This document shows positions 10,435-22,730 of a stretch of 32,336 bases of DNA, piece after piece. Where the stretch lies: the NCBI GenBank assembly GCA_002269645.1, contig NIVC01003201.1, positions 79,636 through 111,971 on the forward strand, given 5' to 3'. The stretch's first letter is position 1; every line of letters starts with the position of its first letter. Origin of the DNA: Macrostomum lignano (Eukaryota). The notes under the pieces are model-generated. The model was given only the letters and a program-made list of their open reading frames with translations. It was not told the origin of the DNA and did no database searches. Position numbers and translations under genes: made by a program.

Positions 10435-10974
10435 AGTCTTCAAATCAATGATAGAACAACTAATGCATTTTTATGAAACAAAAAACTGTAAATTTAATAA
10501 AGTAAAGTAATTATTAAAACACGCGTCGAACAATCCAGCTGAGACGGTGTTTTTCTGGACAAAATGATTAATGACCACTATGTGTGCTCGGCTATGTTGT
10601 TGCACTAGGAGGGACGGTGAGGGAGTGGCGGGGACTGGGATCGAGGGGATTAACAAAATCGGCTCTCTCTCGATTGCGGCCGTTTCGCGTGCGCGTGAGT
10701 GCCGTTTTTTTCCATATTTTTCTCACTTGCCTACATGGGATTTCGATATTCTCATCTGGGAGTTCAGAGCCAGTATTGCTTAGCTATATGTATAGCATAC
10801 AGTGCCAGATTAAAGGGGGGCGGGGTTCTGAAACACCCGGCCTCGGTCGGGTGAAATTCGATGTTTTTACTAAGCCTGCAAAGGCTTGCAGCTGTGCTTT
10901 TTAAAAATAGCCGCGTTTTTGTATTTCTACCGCCTCTGGCTTGTGGCTGCTTTCATGATTTTGTTTTTTGTCAA

Positions 10975-11709
10975 TGCTCCAAGCTGGAATCTGCCCCACA
11001 AACTGGCCAAGGCTCCCAGCTGGAATCTGCCCCACAAACTGCCCAATGCTCCCAGCTGGAATCTGCCCCACAAACTGCCCATGCTCCCAGCTGGAATCTG
11101 CCCCACAAACTGCCCATGCTCCCAGCTGGAATCTGCCCCACAAACTGCTGAATGCTCCCAGCTGGAATCTGCCCCACAAACTGCCGAATGCTCCCAGCTG
11201 GAATCTGCCCCACAAACTGGCCAATGCTCCCAGCTGGAATCTGCCCCACAAACTGGCCAAGGCTCCCAGCTGGAATCTGCCCCACAAACTGCCCATGCTC
11301 CCAGCTGGAATCTGCCCCACAAACTGCCCATGCTCCCAGCTGGAATCTGCCCCACAAACTGCCCATGCTCCCAGCTGGAATCTGCCCCACAAACTGCGAA
11401 TGCTCCCAGCTGGAATCTGCCCCACAAACTGGCCAATGCTCCCAGCTGGAATCTGCCCCACAAACTGGCCAATGCTCCCAGCTGGAATCTGCCCCACAAA
11501 CTGGCCAATGCTCCCAGCTGAAATCTGCCCCACAAACTGGCCAATGCTCCCAGCTGGAATCTGCCCCACAAACTGGCCAATGCTCCCAGCTGGAATCTGC
11601 CCCACAAACTGGCCAATGCTCCCAGCTGGAATCTGCCCACAAACTGGCCAAGGCTCCCAGCTGGAATCTGCCCCACAAACTGGCCAAGGCTCCCAGCTGG
11701 AATCTGCCC
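10975..11709. repeat. 34-36-bp tandem array (TGCTCCCAGCTGGAATCTGCCCCACAAACTGGCCAA), ~20 units
   Basis: Direct reading. It is the source of six spurious ORFs. Confidence 0.97.
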
Positions 11710-12229
11710 TTTGGTTGGCTATTCCACCTCCATCAGCACTGTGATTGGATGCACTGTAGCAGAGACGCACTCAGGTTAATTAAACAAACGGGTTGGCCAT
11801 TCAGCCGCTAAAAAAGAGCTGCAATATGAGTGTCAACACAACATTGATCGTTCAGCGCGTGCCAGCCTAGCCAAACTTGATAGCAGGTTCAGTATTTTCA
11901 TATAATCTAGTATTGAAAAAAACTATATGCTAGTAATTGCAACGCCCAGTTTATAGGTTTACGCTCAAGTATTACGCTGCATTTCTGGCTAGTAAGCATT
12001 CGTTACTAATATGCTGACATTTTGCTAGCGTTTTTAAAAAAACATTTTTTCTCCCATAGCCTTAAACAACCAAAATTCCCCACTGCTTGACGTCAGTGCG
12101 CCTGAACTTTCAGCAATTCATACGCATACACACTTAAATCCCACCAGCCCTAAAGTCATGATAAATTTTGGCTAAAATCTCGTATCCCAAATTCCGAAGC
12201 TTAAATTCCCAAGAGCATTAGCCGTCGCA

Positions 12230-13010
12230 AAAAATCCCATACCTGAAATCAGTCATTCGCCGGAAATCTCACACTTGAATCTCTTATACTTAAAAACCCA
12301 TACTTACTGGAATCCCATACCCTGGAATCCCATAACCTGGAATCCCAAACCTATCTTGAAATCCCAAACCTATAATCCCATAGACCCATACCTATCTGAA
12401 ATGTTATACCTGACGCTGTGACGCTAACTGCGTATTCTGTTGTTGTTGTTGTATACCTGAAATCCCATACCTAATTCCATAGCCTGGAATTCCAAACCTA
12501 GAATCCCATACCTGGAATCCCATACCTGGGATCCCATACCTGGAATCCCATACCTGGGATCCCATACCTGGAATCCCATACCTGAAATCCCATACCTGGA
12601 ATATCATAACCTGTAATCCCATGCTTAGAAACCCATGCCCTGTAATCCAATGCTTAAAATCCCATACCTAGAATCCCATACCTGTAATCCCATGCTTAGA
12701 ATCCCATACCTAGAATCCCATACCTGTAATCCCATGCTTAGAATCCCATACCTAGAATCCCATACCTGTAATCCCATGCTTAGAATCCCATACATAGAAC
12801 CCTATAACCTGTAATCCCATGCTTAGAACCCCATGCCCTGTAATCCCATGCTTAGAATCCCATACCTAGAATCCCATACCTGTAATCCCATGCTTAGAAT
12901 CCCATACCTGGAATCCCATAACCTGGAACCCCATAACTGGAATACCATACTGGGATTCCCAAACCTCAAGTGACTCCTACTATCCTCAGCCATCCACCTG
13001 AAATCCCAAC
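12230..13010. repeat. Second AATCCCATACCT-type satellite (Vav intron 2, abutting exon 3 acceptor)
   Basis: Same monomer family as 8695-9560, with higher-order unit GTAATCCCATGCTTAGAATCCCATACCTAGAATCCCATACCT. Confidence 0.93.
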
Positions 13011-13016
13011 CTACAG

Positions 13017-13351
13017 GAGTCGCAGTCCTCGTGGACCCCAGTGGAGGTGGACGCCATATTTGAGCACTTGCCTGAGCTGCTCAGCTTGCACAAGAAGTTA
13101 CTCCGCGAACTGGAGGTTGCTACCCAGCTACGCGGGGCAAAGCCCCTGCCAGCTGTGCTCATCAGCTATCACAATCAGCTGCTGCTCTATGGAAACTATT
13201 GCGCCCACATGACCGAGGCCATCTCTCTGCTGGAAGACGCCTGCAGGTCAGACAAGAGGCGTCAGGAAGAGCTTCAACGGCATCTGACTGCGGCTAAGGC
13301 GCAGTTTAAACTAAACGAATATCTGGCCGTGCCTATGCAAAGGGTGCTCAG
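13017..13351 (+). CDS. vav: Vav exon 3 (DH domain)
   Basis: Acceptor ctacag|GAG (phase 0). VDAIFEHLPELLSLH...LLLYGNYCAHM...FKLNEYLAVPMQRVL. Donor AG|gtaaga (phase 2). Confidence 0.93.
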
Positions 13352-13479
13352 GTAAGAGAGGGAGGGAACTGCGCTGTGGCGTGTTGAAAGGTGCCGAAGC
13401 TCCGTCTGTGCTTGACATTTTGTGACAGCTCGGAGAGCCAAGTTCGATCCAACCCAAACGAAGGACTATCCCGACCTCT

Positions 13480-14395
13480 TGAAAGACCATCCCGATGTAC
13501 CATAAAGAACAATCCCGAAGGACCATACGCCATGCCGAAGGACCATGCAAGAAAGATAACACCAAAGAACTATACCGGGGGACCATAAGGACCATCTCTA
13601 AGGACCATTCTGATAGACCGTCCCGAAGGACCATTCTGAAGGACCATATCTAAGGACCATTCTGATAGACCGTCCCGAAGGACCATTCTGAAGGACCATC
13701 TCTAAGGACCATTCTGATAGACCGTCCCGAAGGACCATTCTGAAGGACCATCTCTAAGGACCATTCTGATAGACCGTCCCGAAGAACCATTCTGAAGGAC
13801 CATCCCAAAGGACCGTCCCGAAGGACCATCCCAAAGGACCATTCTGAAGGACCTTCCCAAAGGACCATTCTGATGGACCGTCCAGAAGGACCATTCTGAT
13901 GGACCATCCCAAAGGACCATTCTAAAGGAACATCCCAAAGGACCATTCTGAAGGACCATCCCAAAGGACCATCCCAAAGGACCATCCCAAAGGACCATCC
14001 CAAAGGACCATTCTGAAGGACCTTACCAAAGGACTATTCTGAAGGACCTTCCCGAAGGACCATTCTGAAGGACCATCCCAAAGGATCATTTTGAAGGACC
14101 ATCCCAAAGGACCGTCCCAAAGGATCATTCTGAAGGACCATCCCAAAGGATCATTTTGAAGGACCATCCCAAAGGACCGTCCCAAAGGATCATTCTGAAG
14201 GACCATCCCGATGCACCTTCGAGAAGAACCACACTGGACCATTCCCATTTGAAGGATCATAAAGGACTGTAAAGTACTATTCCTGATGCACCATAAGAGA
14301 AAACCACCCTTTGGATCATTCTCATTCTGAAGTGCCATTCTAAAGGACTGTTCACAGTGTACCATAAAAATAAAACATTCTAAAGGACCATCCCC
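13480..14395. repeat. 13-bp satellite (AAGGACCATTCTG / AAGGACCATCCCA) in Vav intron 3
   Basis: Direct reading. Confidence 0.95.
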
Positions 14396-14612
14396 ACCAT
14401 CGTTTTCGTGGTTTTTGTATTTTTTTGTCTTAAACCCACAACACTGATTAAAAAGTACGAGGACAAACTCCTTTGTTTATTATCAATGCTTGGCAACAAG
14501 TTGGCTGGCACAAACAGCTTATGAATTGCCCATGAATTGGAGTCAACAATAACCGCAGATGAAATTTGATAACCTATCACTCTATATCCCTCTGTTTATC
14601 TAATCCTCCCAG

Positions 14613-14781
14613 ATACCACCTGTTGGTGAGGAGTCTCATGGACTATGATCGAAAGGAAGGCGGCAAAGATAAGGAGCTGCTCAAAGAGGCTCACGATGCT
14701 ATGTGCGATGTGGCCACTTATGTTAATGAGACCAAGCGGGACACCGAGATGCGAGTGCTTATCAACCAGATTCAGACTCAG
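14613..14781 (+). CDS. vav: Vav exon 4 (DH C-terminus)
   Basis: Acceptor cccag|A (phase 2) gives R-YHLLVRSL...AHDAMCDVATYVNETKRD. Donor CAG|gtaagg. Confidence 0.93.
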
Positions 14782-14823
14782 GTAAGGTGCTGGGATTTCT
14801 TGGTGCTTGTGCTGTCTATGCTA

Positions 14824-15945
14824 ACAATGTCTATACCCACAATGTCTATACCCACAATGTCTATACCCACAATGTCTATACCCACAATGTCTATGCCACA
14901 ATGTCTATGCCCACAATGTCTATGCCCACAATGTCTATGCCCACAATGTCTATGCCCACAATGTATATACCCACAATGTCTATACCCACAATGTCTATAC
15001 CCACAATGTCTATGCCACAATGTCTATGCCCACAATGTCTATACCCACAATGTCTATACCCACAATGTCTATGCCCACAATGTCTATGCCCACAATGTCT
15101 ATGCCACAATGTCTATGCCCACAATGTCTATACCCACAATGTCTATGCCCACAATGTATATGCCACAATGTCTATGCCCACAATGTCTATGCCCACAATG
15201 TCTATGCCCACAATGTATATGCCACAATGTCTATGCCCACAATGTCTATACCCACAATGTCTATACCCACAATGTCTATGCCACAATGTCTATGCCCACA
15301 ATGTCTATGCCCACAATGTCTATGCCCACAATGTCTATGCCACAATGTCTATGCCCACAATGTCTATGCCCACAATGTCTATGCCCACAATGTATATACC
15401 CACAATGTATATACCCACAATGTCTATACCCACAATGTCTATACCCACAATGTCTATACCCACAATGTCTATGCCACAATGTCTATGCCCACAATGTCTA
15501 TGCCCACAATGTCTATACCCACAATGTCTATACCCACAATGTCTATGCCCACAATGTCTATACCCACAATGTCTATACCCACAATGTCTATACCCACAAT
15601 GTCTATACCCACAATGTCTATGCCACAATGTCTATGCCCACAATGTCTATACCCACAATGTCTATACCCACAATGTCTATGCCCACAATGTCTATGCCCA
15701 CAATGTATATACCCACAATGTCTATACCCACAATGTCTATACCCACAATGTCTATACCCACAATGTCTATGCCCACAATGTCTATACCCACAATGTCTAT
15801 GCCCACAATGTATATGCCACAATGTCTATGCCCACAATGTCTATGCCCACAATGTCTATGCCCACAATGTATATGCCACAATGTCTATGCCCACAATGTC
15901 TATGCCCACAATGTCTATGCCCACAATGTCTATGCCACAATATCT
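14824..15945. repeat. 15-bp tandem array (CCCACAATGTCTAT[A/G]), ~75 units
   Basis: Direct reading, with occasional 14-bp units. Confidence 0.97.
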
Positions 15946-16430
15946 GTGCCCTCAAATCTATGCCCCAATCTGATATGCAAGTGCCACCGTTTACATGGTG
16001 CAGAATCAAGCATAGTGTAAATTGGAAAGCAATTTTGAATTTTAGCTGCTTTGGACTTTTTTGCCTGCTTTAATAATAGATTTTATGATAAATTCCTTCC
16101 CGCTTTTGCAGCGCTTCCTAATCCCTATATCTTAGACTTCGCACATTTTTTCTCCACTACGGCTGCCACAGTCCCACCTGCATTTCAATCCGGCTGTCAG
16201 AAATGTACTTTTTTACTTTCGAAAAGAAATCATCTCATTTTCAGTGTGCTAAGCGTGTCAGTGACAGTCAGTCCCCTTCGAATGATGAGGCTTTCAATGT
16301 TAAATGCCCATTTTTAAGGATATTAAATATCGCTTCTGATATGCGATATGCACAGGCCCCGCCCAGCCCTGCATGTCTCCTGCTTTCTTATCCACTTATG
16401 CTCCATCACTGCCGCGATACCGATTTGATT

Positions 16431-16553
16431 TCAGTCAGTCAGTCAGTCAGTCAGTCAGTCAGTCAGTCAGTCAGTCAGTCAGTCAGTCAGTCAGTCAGTC
16501 AGTCAGTCAGTCAGTCAGTCAGTCAGTCAGTCAGTCAGTCACCCAATCACTCA

Positions 16554-16597
<44 letters not shown>

Positions 16598-16646
16598 AGT
16601 CAGTCAGTCAGTCAGTCAGTCAGTCAGTCAGTCACCCAATCACTCA

Positions 16647-16690
<44 letters not shown>

Positions 16691-16775
16691 AGTCAGTCAG
16701 TCAGTCAGTCAGTCAGTCAGTCAGTCAGTCAGTCAGTCAGTCAGTCAGTCAGTCAGTCAGTCACCCAATCACTCA

Positions 16776-16819
<44 letters not shown>

Positions 16820-16876
16820 AGTCAGTCAGTCAGTCAGTCAGTCAGTCAGTCAGTCAGTCAGTCACCCAATCACTCA

Positions 16877-16920
<44 letters not shown>

Positions 16921-16981
16921 AGTCAGTCAGTCAGTCAGTCAGTCAGTCAGTCAGTCAGTCAGTCAGTCACCCAATCACTCA

Positions 16982-17025
<44 letters not shown>

Positions 17026-17262
17026 AGTCAGTCAGTCAGTCAGTCAGTCAGTCAGTCAGTCAGTCAGTCAGTCAGTCAGTCAGTCAGTCAGTCAGTCAGT
17101 CAGTCAGTCAGTCAGTCAGTCAGTCAGTCAGTCAGTCAGTCAGTCAGTCAGTCAGTCAGTCAGTCAGTCAGTCAGTCAGTCAGTCAGTCAGTCAGGCAGT
17201 CAGTCAGTCAGTCAGTCAGTCAGTCAGTCAGTCAGTCAGTCAGTCAGTCACCCAATCACTCA

Positions 17263-17306
<44 letters not shown>

Positions 17307-17498
17307 AGTCAGTCAGTCAGTCAGTCAGTCAGTCAGTCAGTCAGTCAGTCAGTCAGTCAGTCAGTCAGTCAGTCAGTCAGTCAGTCAGTCAGTCAGTCAG
17401 TCAGTCAGTCAGTCAGTCAGTCAGTCAGTCAGTCAGTCAGTCAGTCAGTCAGGCAGTCAGTCAGTCAGTCAGTCAGTCAGTCAGTCAGTCAGTCAGTC
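16431..17498. repeat. (CAGT)n microsatellite, ~1.07 kb, with repeated interruption CACCCAATCACTCAAG...GTAAGT
   Basis: Direct reading. Interruptions at ~16540, 16633, 16762, 16863, 16968 and 17249. Confidence 0.98.
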
Positions 17499-17871
17499 AC
17501 TAATCTTCCCATCCTCTGCAGATATTGCCACTAGCGGATTTCTCGCTTGGCAGAAAGTCCAAGCCACGACGCAGTGTGGGTTTTTAATGTATTATTGATA
17601 TCGTGAATAGAATCTATCATTTATTTACTCGTCATTTTTGCCATTTCATTTTATAAGCATTTAAAGTATCTTTTTTAGTGCATTCTATAAGCATTTTCTT
17701 AAACGAAGTCGAACTGTTTCTTCAATTCTCTTATGATAATGTTGTTCAAACGCTCGCTGTACTACTACTAGCTAATAATAATGTTAGTGTTATTAGTGAT
17801 GTTTTATTTTACGGATTTTAATAACCTTACTAAATGAAACATAACTTATAGCTTATTAAATAGGATGCGCT

Positions 17872-18280
17872 GCATAAGCGCGCAGTGTCATAGGGGCTCA
17901 GTGTCATAAGCGCGCAGTGTCATAAGCGCACAGTGTCATAAGCGCGCAGTGTCATAGGGGCTCAGTGTCACAAGCGCGCAGTGTTATAAGCGCGCAGTGT
18001 CATAAGCGCGCAGTGTCATAGGGGCTCAGTGTCACAAGCGCACAGTGTCATAAGCGCGCAGTATCATAAGCGCACAGTGTCAAAAGCGCGCAGTGTCATA
18101 AGCGCGCAGTATCATAAGCGCACAGTGTCAAAAGCGCGCAGTGTCATAAGCGCGGTGTCATAAGCGCGGTGTCAAAAGCGCACAGTGTAATAAGCGCAGT
18201 GTCAAAAGTGCAGTGTCATAGGGACTCCTCAGTGTTAAAAGCGCGCAGTATCATAATCGCGCAGTGTCATAAGCGCGCAG
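17872..18280. repeat. 16-bp tandem array (GTCATAAGCGCGCAGT)
   Basis: Direct reading; degenerate toward the 3' end. Confidence 0.93.
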
Positions 18281-19330
18281 TCTTTGTCCGCAATCTCTGT
18301 CATACCAGTATTCGTACGTGTACGTATACATTTAAGGCTACTTGTGCACTCGCATTGTGGACTTGTTCGTTGTCACTTGCGTTAGTGCGCTCATGTGTGG
18401 ATGCGCTTATGCCAGTGCGCTCTTGTGATATGCGCGCTTCGGAATGCGTCTAGTCAATTATAAGGGAATAGTTGTTTAAATACGAGTATTTTTTACAATA
18501 TGTGGCAATACTTTGTCAGTTGGAAAGGCACTCAGTACAATTTGTGGCATGTACGATAAACGATTCAATACTATTAATATATTGTTTATTAATTGTCCAG
18601 AGTCACAGAACAATAATAAAAAATTATTTTAAGTTCCTTCGATAAAACATCAGCCAGTTTACTCTGTTTGAAATTTTAGCTCGTAAAACCTTTTTGGCCA
18701 TAGACGAATGCGCTTTTTTTGTCCCAGGCATATAGTATTGTTATTACTAAAGAGCATGGACTTCTCCAGTTAGCATCTGGACTAGAAGGCTCCGCCCCTG
18801 AGTCTTCTACAACTCGAAATGAAACGAAATCGAAACTTGAATATATATTTTTTGAATTGGTGCAAGGAGTTCTAAAATTAGAATCTGGACTGAAAACGAG
18901 CATGCAATTAGGCTACTCCAATATAGACAAAACAAAACTACTTCATTTTTTTAATTAATAAGTCAGAAGGGTTTCTTCGAAGTGTATTTGAAAGCATTGC
19001 ATTGTTTTACCATGCTGCTAAACAAGCGCGAGCAACTACAACAGGCTGTCCTCTTAAGCTACCTAGAATGACAAAGTGCGCTTTTCTTTCCACTCCAGAT
19101 GCTAATATGGAACTCCTTGGCCTATCACTGCCTCATGTTGTAGACTTCTCCAGTCCAGATGCTAGCTAGAGAAGTCCATGTATTTGGTGTACAAATTTGT
19201 GGTTTCAATAAATAAAAACAATTGCTATTTATGTTTCGGAAACAATGAGAGCCAACCTTCAATATTTTTCTAAGAAACGCAAAGACCAGTTTCGCTTAAT
19301 AGCCTCTCATCTCGCGCCCGAATACATCAG

Positions 19331-20042
19331 ATCAGCAGCTTGGATATGCCTGGCAGTCTTCGTCTGATTGACTATGGCCGTCTGGAACAGGACGGCGACC
19401 TCCGCATTGCTAACGACGTCAGCAAGCCGAACGGGAGCAGCAAGCTGCGGGTCTGCTTCCTCTGGACCCGGATGTTCATGATGGCTAAGCCGCGGCCAGG
19501 CCTCACCTTCAAGACCGCATTCGCTGTCAAGCCCAACCTCTTCATCCGGGAGGTGGACCTGGCCTCGCCTAACCAGCTGGCCAACTCGTCCGCCTCTGGC
19601 CCGGCTGGCAATCGATCCACCACATCCTCGGTGCTGTCCAGCTCCTCAAGCGATGGCAAATGGACTTGGGCATTCCTGGTGTCTGAGCAGCTGCAGCAGC
19701 AGTCTGGCTCAGCCTCTCCCGCCTCCAGCTCGTCCACCCCCTCGCCCAAGGACCAGCCGGACCGGGTGAACTACCTGTTCCTGGCCAAGACTCGGGAGAC
19801 TCGGACCCGCTGGCTCGAGGCTTTCCAACGCGCCAAAGACGACGTGGCGCCGGCGAACTACAATTGCAACGGCTATTTTTTCGAGAGGCGAACCCTCGAT
19901 CCGCCGGCTATGTGCACCGTGTGCAATAAGCTCATACACGGCTGCTTCTTTCAGGGCTACAAGTGTCGCAAGTCTGGCCACGTTGTGCACAAACAGTGCA
20001 TTCCTACGTCGGTTATTGCGCCGCCGTCCGCTAATAATCACG
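19331..20042 (+). CDS. vav: Vav exon 5 (PH and C1 domains)
   Basis: Acceptor catcag|ATC (phase 0). LIDYGRLEQDGDLRI...YLFLAKTRETRTRWLEAF is PH, and CTVCNKLIHGCFFQGYKC...HKQC is C1. Donor G|gtaggt (phase 1). Confidence 0.93.
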
Positions 20043-20277
20043 GTAGGTTTTAATGAGGGAGTCAAATTAATTGACAGTTTTTACTGTCACTTGAAATTTG
20101 TCATTCACTTGAAAATTGGTCGGGGCGTTGTCGTGCGATTCACACCTATGAGCCCCCCCCCGGCTCAAGACACAGAGTGTGTTCATACCTGACAATGAGA
20201 TAGTCAAGGGCTGCTGTGTACACCCTGTGTGAGCATGTGGCATCTAAGCAAGAGTCTCTAATCGGGTAAAAGAAATT

Positions 20278-21190
20278 CGAGGCATCTCCCATTGGGTAAC
20301 AGGGATTCCAGGCATCTCTCATCGGGTAACAGGGATTCCAGGCATCTCTCATCGGGTAACAGGGATTCCAGGCATCTCTCATCGGGTAACAGGGATTCCA
20401 GGCATCTCTCATCGGGTAACAGGGATTCCAGGCATCTCTCATCGGGTAACAAGGATTCCAGGCATCTCTCATCGGGTAACAGGGATTCCAGGCATCTCTC
20501 ATCGGGTAACAGGGATTCCAGGCATCTCTCATCGGGTAACAGGGATTCCAGGCATCTCTCATCGGGTAACAGGGATTCCAGGCATCTCTCATCGGGTAAC
20601 AGGGATTCCAGGCATCTCTCATCGGGTAACAGGGATTCCAGGCATCTCTCATCGGGTAACAGGGATTCCAGGCATCTCTCATCGGGTAACAGGGATTCCA
20701 GGCATCTCTCATCGGGTAACAGGGATTCCAGGCATCTCTCATCGGGTAACAGGGATTCCAGGCATCTCTCATCGGGTAACAGGGATTCCAGGCATCTCTC
20801 ATCGGGTAACAGGGATTCCAGGCATCTCTCATCGGGTAACAGGGATTCCAGGCATCTCTCATCGGGTAACAGGGATTCCAGGCATCTCTCATCGGGTAAC
20901 AGGGATTCCAGGCATCTCTCATCGGGTAACAGGGATTCCAGGCATCTCTCATCGGGTAACAGGGATTCCAGGCATCTCTCATCGGGTAACAGGGATTCCA
21001 GGCGTCTCTATTTTGGGAACAGGGGTTTCAGGCATCTCTAACCAGGGAGAAAAATTCCAGGTATCTCTAATTAGGGAACAGGAATTCGAGGTATCTCCAG
21101 TTAGAAAACAAGTGTTCCAGGTATATTTAATTGGAGAACAGGGATATCAGGTATTTCTAATTAGAAAACAGGTGTTCCAGGTATCTCTAA
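20278..21190. repeat. 30-bp near-perfect array (GGGATTCCAGGCATCTCTCATCGGGTAACA), ~25 units plus degenerate tail
   Basis: Direct reading; nearly invariant over 20290-21000. Confidence 0.98.
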
Positions 21191-21358
21191 GTAGGTCGGT
21201 GTGCGTGTTGCTCAGAGGCCAGCTCAATGGGCCTGACTACTTGCGTATTGCAGCAAACAATCGTTTTAAGCCAGCAAAGTTTCCGTAAAGCATATTTAAA
21301 GCAGAATTTAGAACACTATGGATCGGATGGATTCTCATCTCCACCCTTGTTGCGCCAG

Positions 21359-21839
21359 GCGTGGCCGTGCCCAGCAGCTCCCGGCCGCAGTCGCTGATAT
21401 CGCCGGCGCCGCCGCGCAGTCCGGCGCTAGGCGCCGGTCCCGTTCGACGCGACACCATCAGCTACGTGGCACCGACGATGCCGGAGCCCACCGGCAGTCC
21501 CCGGTCGCCAATCTCACCAGGTCGGGTCGTCGCCGCCGCCGCAGCAGCCCCAGCGTCGGGTGTGCAGCAGCCGAGAGCCTCCGTCGTCAGCAGCGGCCCG
21601 CCAGTCTGGTCGGACTACTATGTCGGCGTCATGGTCAGGGATGACGCTAAAGACGCTCTCATGCCTATGCCGGTCGGCACCTATCTGGTGCGGGAGAGCC
21701 AGGGCAACGGAGAGTACGCAGTGTCCTTGCGTTGTAAAGACACTGTCAAGCACATGCGAGTGCTCAGATCTGCTGACGGCTATAAGCTGGGCGAGAATAT
21801 GAATTTCGCCACAGTGCCAGAGTTGATTACCTATTATTC
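21359..21839 (+). CDS. vav: Vav exon 6 (Pro/Ser linker and SH2)
   Basis: Acceptor gccag|GC (phase 1). WSDYYVGVMVRDDA...GTYLVRES...YAVSL...VKHMRV...FATVPELITYY. Donor TC|gtgagt (phase 2). Confidence 0.93.
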
Positions 21840-21904
21840 GTGAGTCTGCTTTGATGGTTTGGCAATTTGCTTTAACTAGTAACTGGCATTTCGGGCATAA
21901 CTGA

Positions 21905-22589
21905 TTGGGAAACTGGGACTCCAGGCATCTCTAATTAGAGAACGGGGACTCCAGGCATCTCTAATTAGAGAACGGGGACTCCAGGCATCTCTAATTAGGG
22001 AACGGGGACTCCAGGCATCTCTAATTAGATAACAGGGACTCCAGGTATCTCTCATTAGGGAACGGGGACTCCAGGCATCTCTAATTAGGGAACGGGGACT
22101 CCAGGCATCTCTAATTAGAGAACGGGGACTCCAGGCATCTCTAATTAGGGAACGGGGACTCCAGGCATCTCTAATTAGGGAACGGGGACTCCAGGCATCT
22201 CTAATTAGGGAACGGGGACTCCAGGCATCTCTAATTAGATAACAGGGACTCCAGGTATCTCTCATTAGGGAACGGGGACTCCAGGCATCTCTAATTAGAT
22301 AACAGGGACTCCAGGCATCTCTAATTAGAGAACGGGGACTCCAGGCATCTCTAATTAGATAACAGGGACTCCAGGCATCTCTAATTAGGGAACGGGACTC
22401 CAGGCATCTCTAATTAGGGAACAGGGACTCCAGGCATCTCTAATTAGAGAACGGGGACTCCAGGCATTTCTATTTAGGGAACGGGGACTCCAGGCATTTC
22501 TATTTAGGGAACGGGGACTCCAGGCATCTCTAATTAGGGAACGGGGACTCCAGGCATCTCTAATTAGAGAACGGGGACTCCAGGCATCT
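21905..22589. repeat. 30-bp array (GGGGACTCCAGGCATCTCTAATTAGGGAAC), ~23 units, related to 20278-21190
   Basis: Shares CCAGGCATCTCT and the 30-bp period with the intron-5 array. Confidence 0.97.
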
Positions 22590-22730
22590 GAAAAATCTCA
22601 TATTTTAATTAACTGGTATCTCAGGCATTAAAAACAGGGATTAACACTCATCCAGGGCCCTAAGTTATCAGGTTTGCATTCAGCAGCTGTCAAAAACCAT
22701 CTCTTTATTTATACTTATTCCCCTCTCCAG

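Noticed and set aside
10861-11811. Six overlapping 200-290 aa ORFs
   Set aside because: Translations of the 34-36-bp array, open in several frames on both strands, inside a Vav intron.
14787-16897. Cys/His-rich (CLCPQ, HNVYA, HRHCG) and SVSQ ORFs resembling metal-binding or adhesive proteins
   Set aside because: Products of the 15-bp and CAGT repeats; only 14613-14781 is a real exon.
18676-18958. Overlapping ORFs 18719-18958 (+) and 18676-18903 (-) as a nested gene or transposon remnant
   Set aside because: No recognisable domain, termini or splice support.
19372-20065. Antisense ORFs over Vav exon 5, and similar shadow ORFs over lectin and nAChR exons
   Set aside because: Expected shadows of GC-rich coding sequence, with no independent motifs.
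20146-22265. MRDAWNPCYP / GNRDSRHLSS repeat proteins
   Set aside because: A 30-bp period without stops trivially gives ORFs on both strands; units show no synonymous variation and the region is intronic.
8695-22589. GGGATTCC/GGAATCCC repeats as NF-kB site clusters
   Set aside because: Only a partial match to GGGRNNYYCC, and no evidence beyond motif resemblance.
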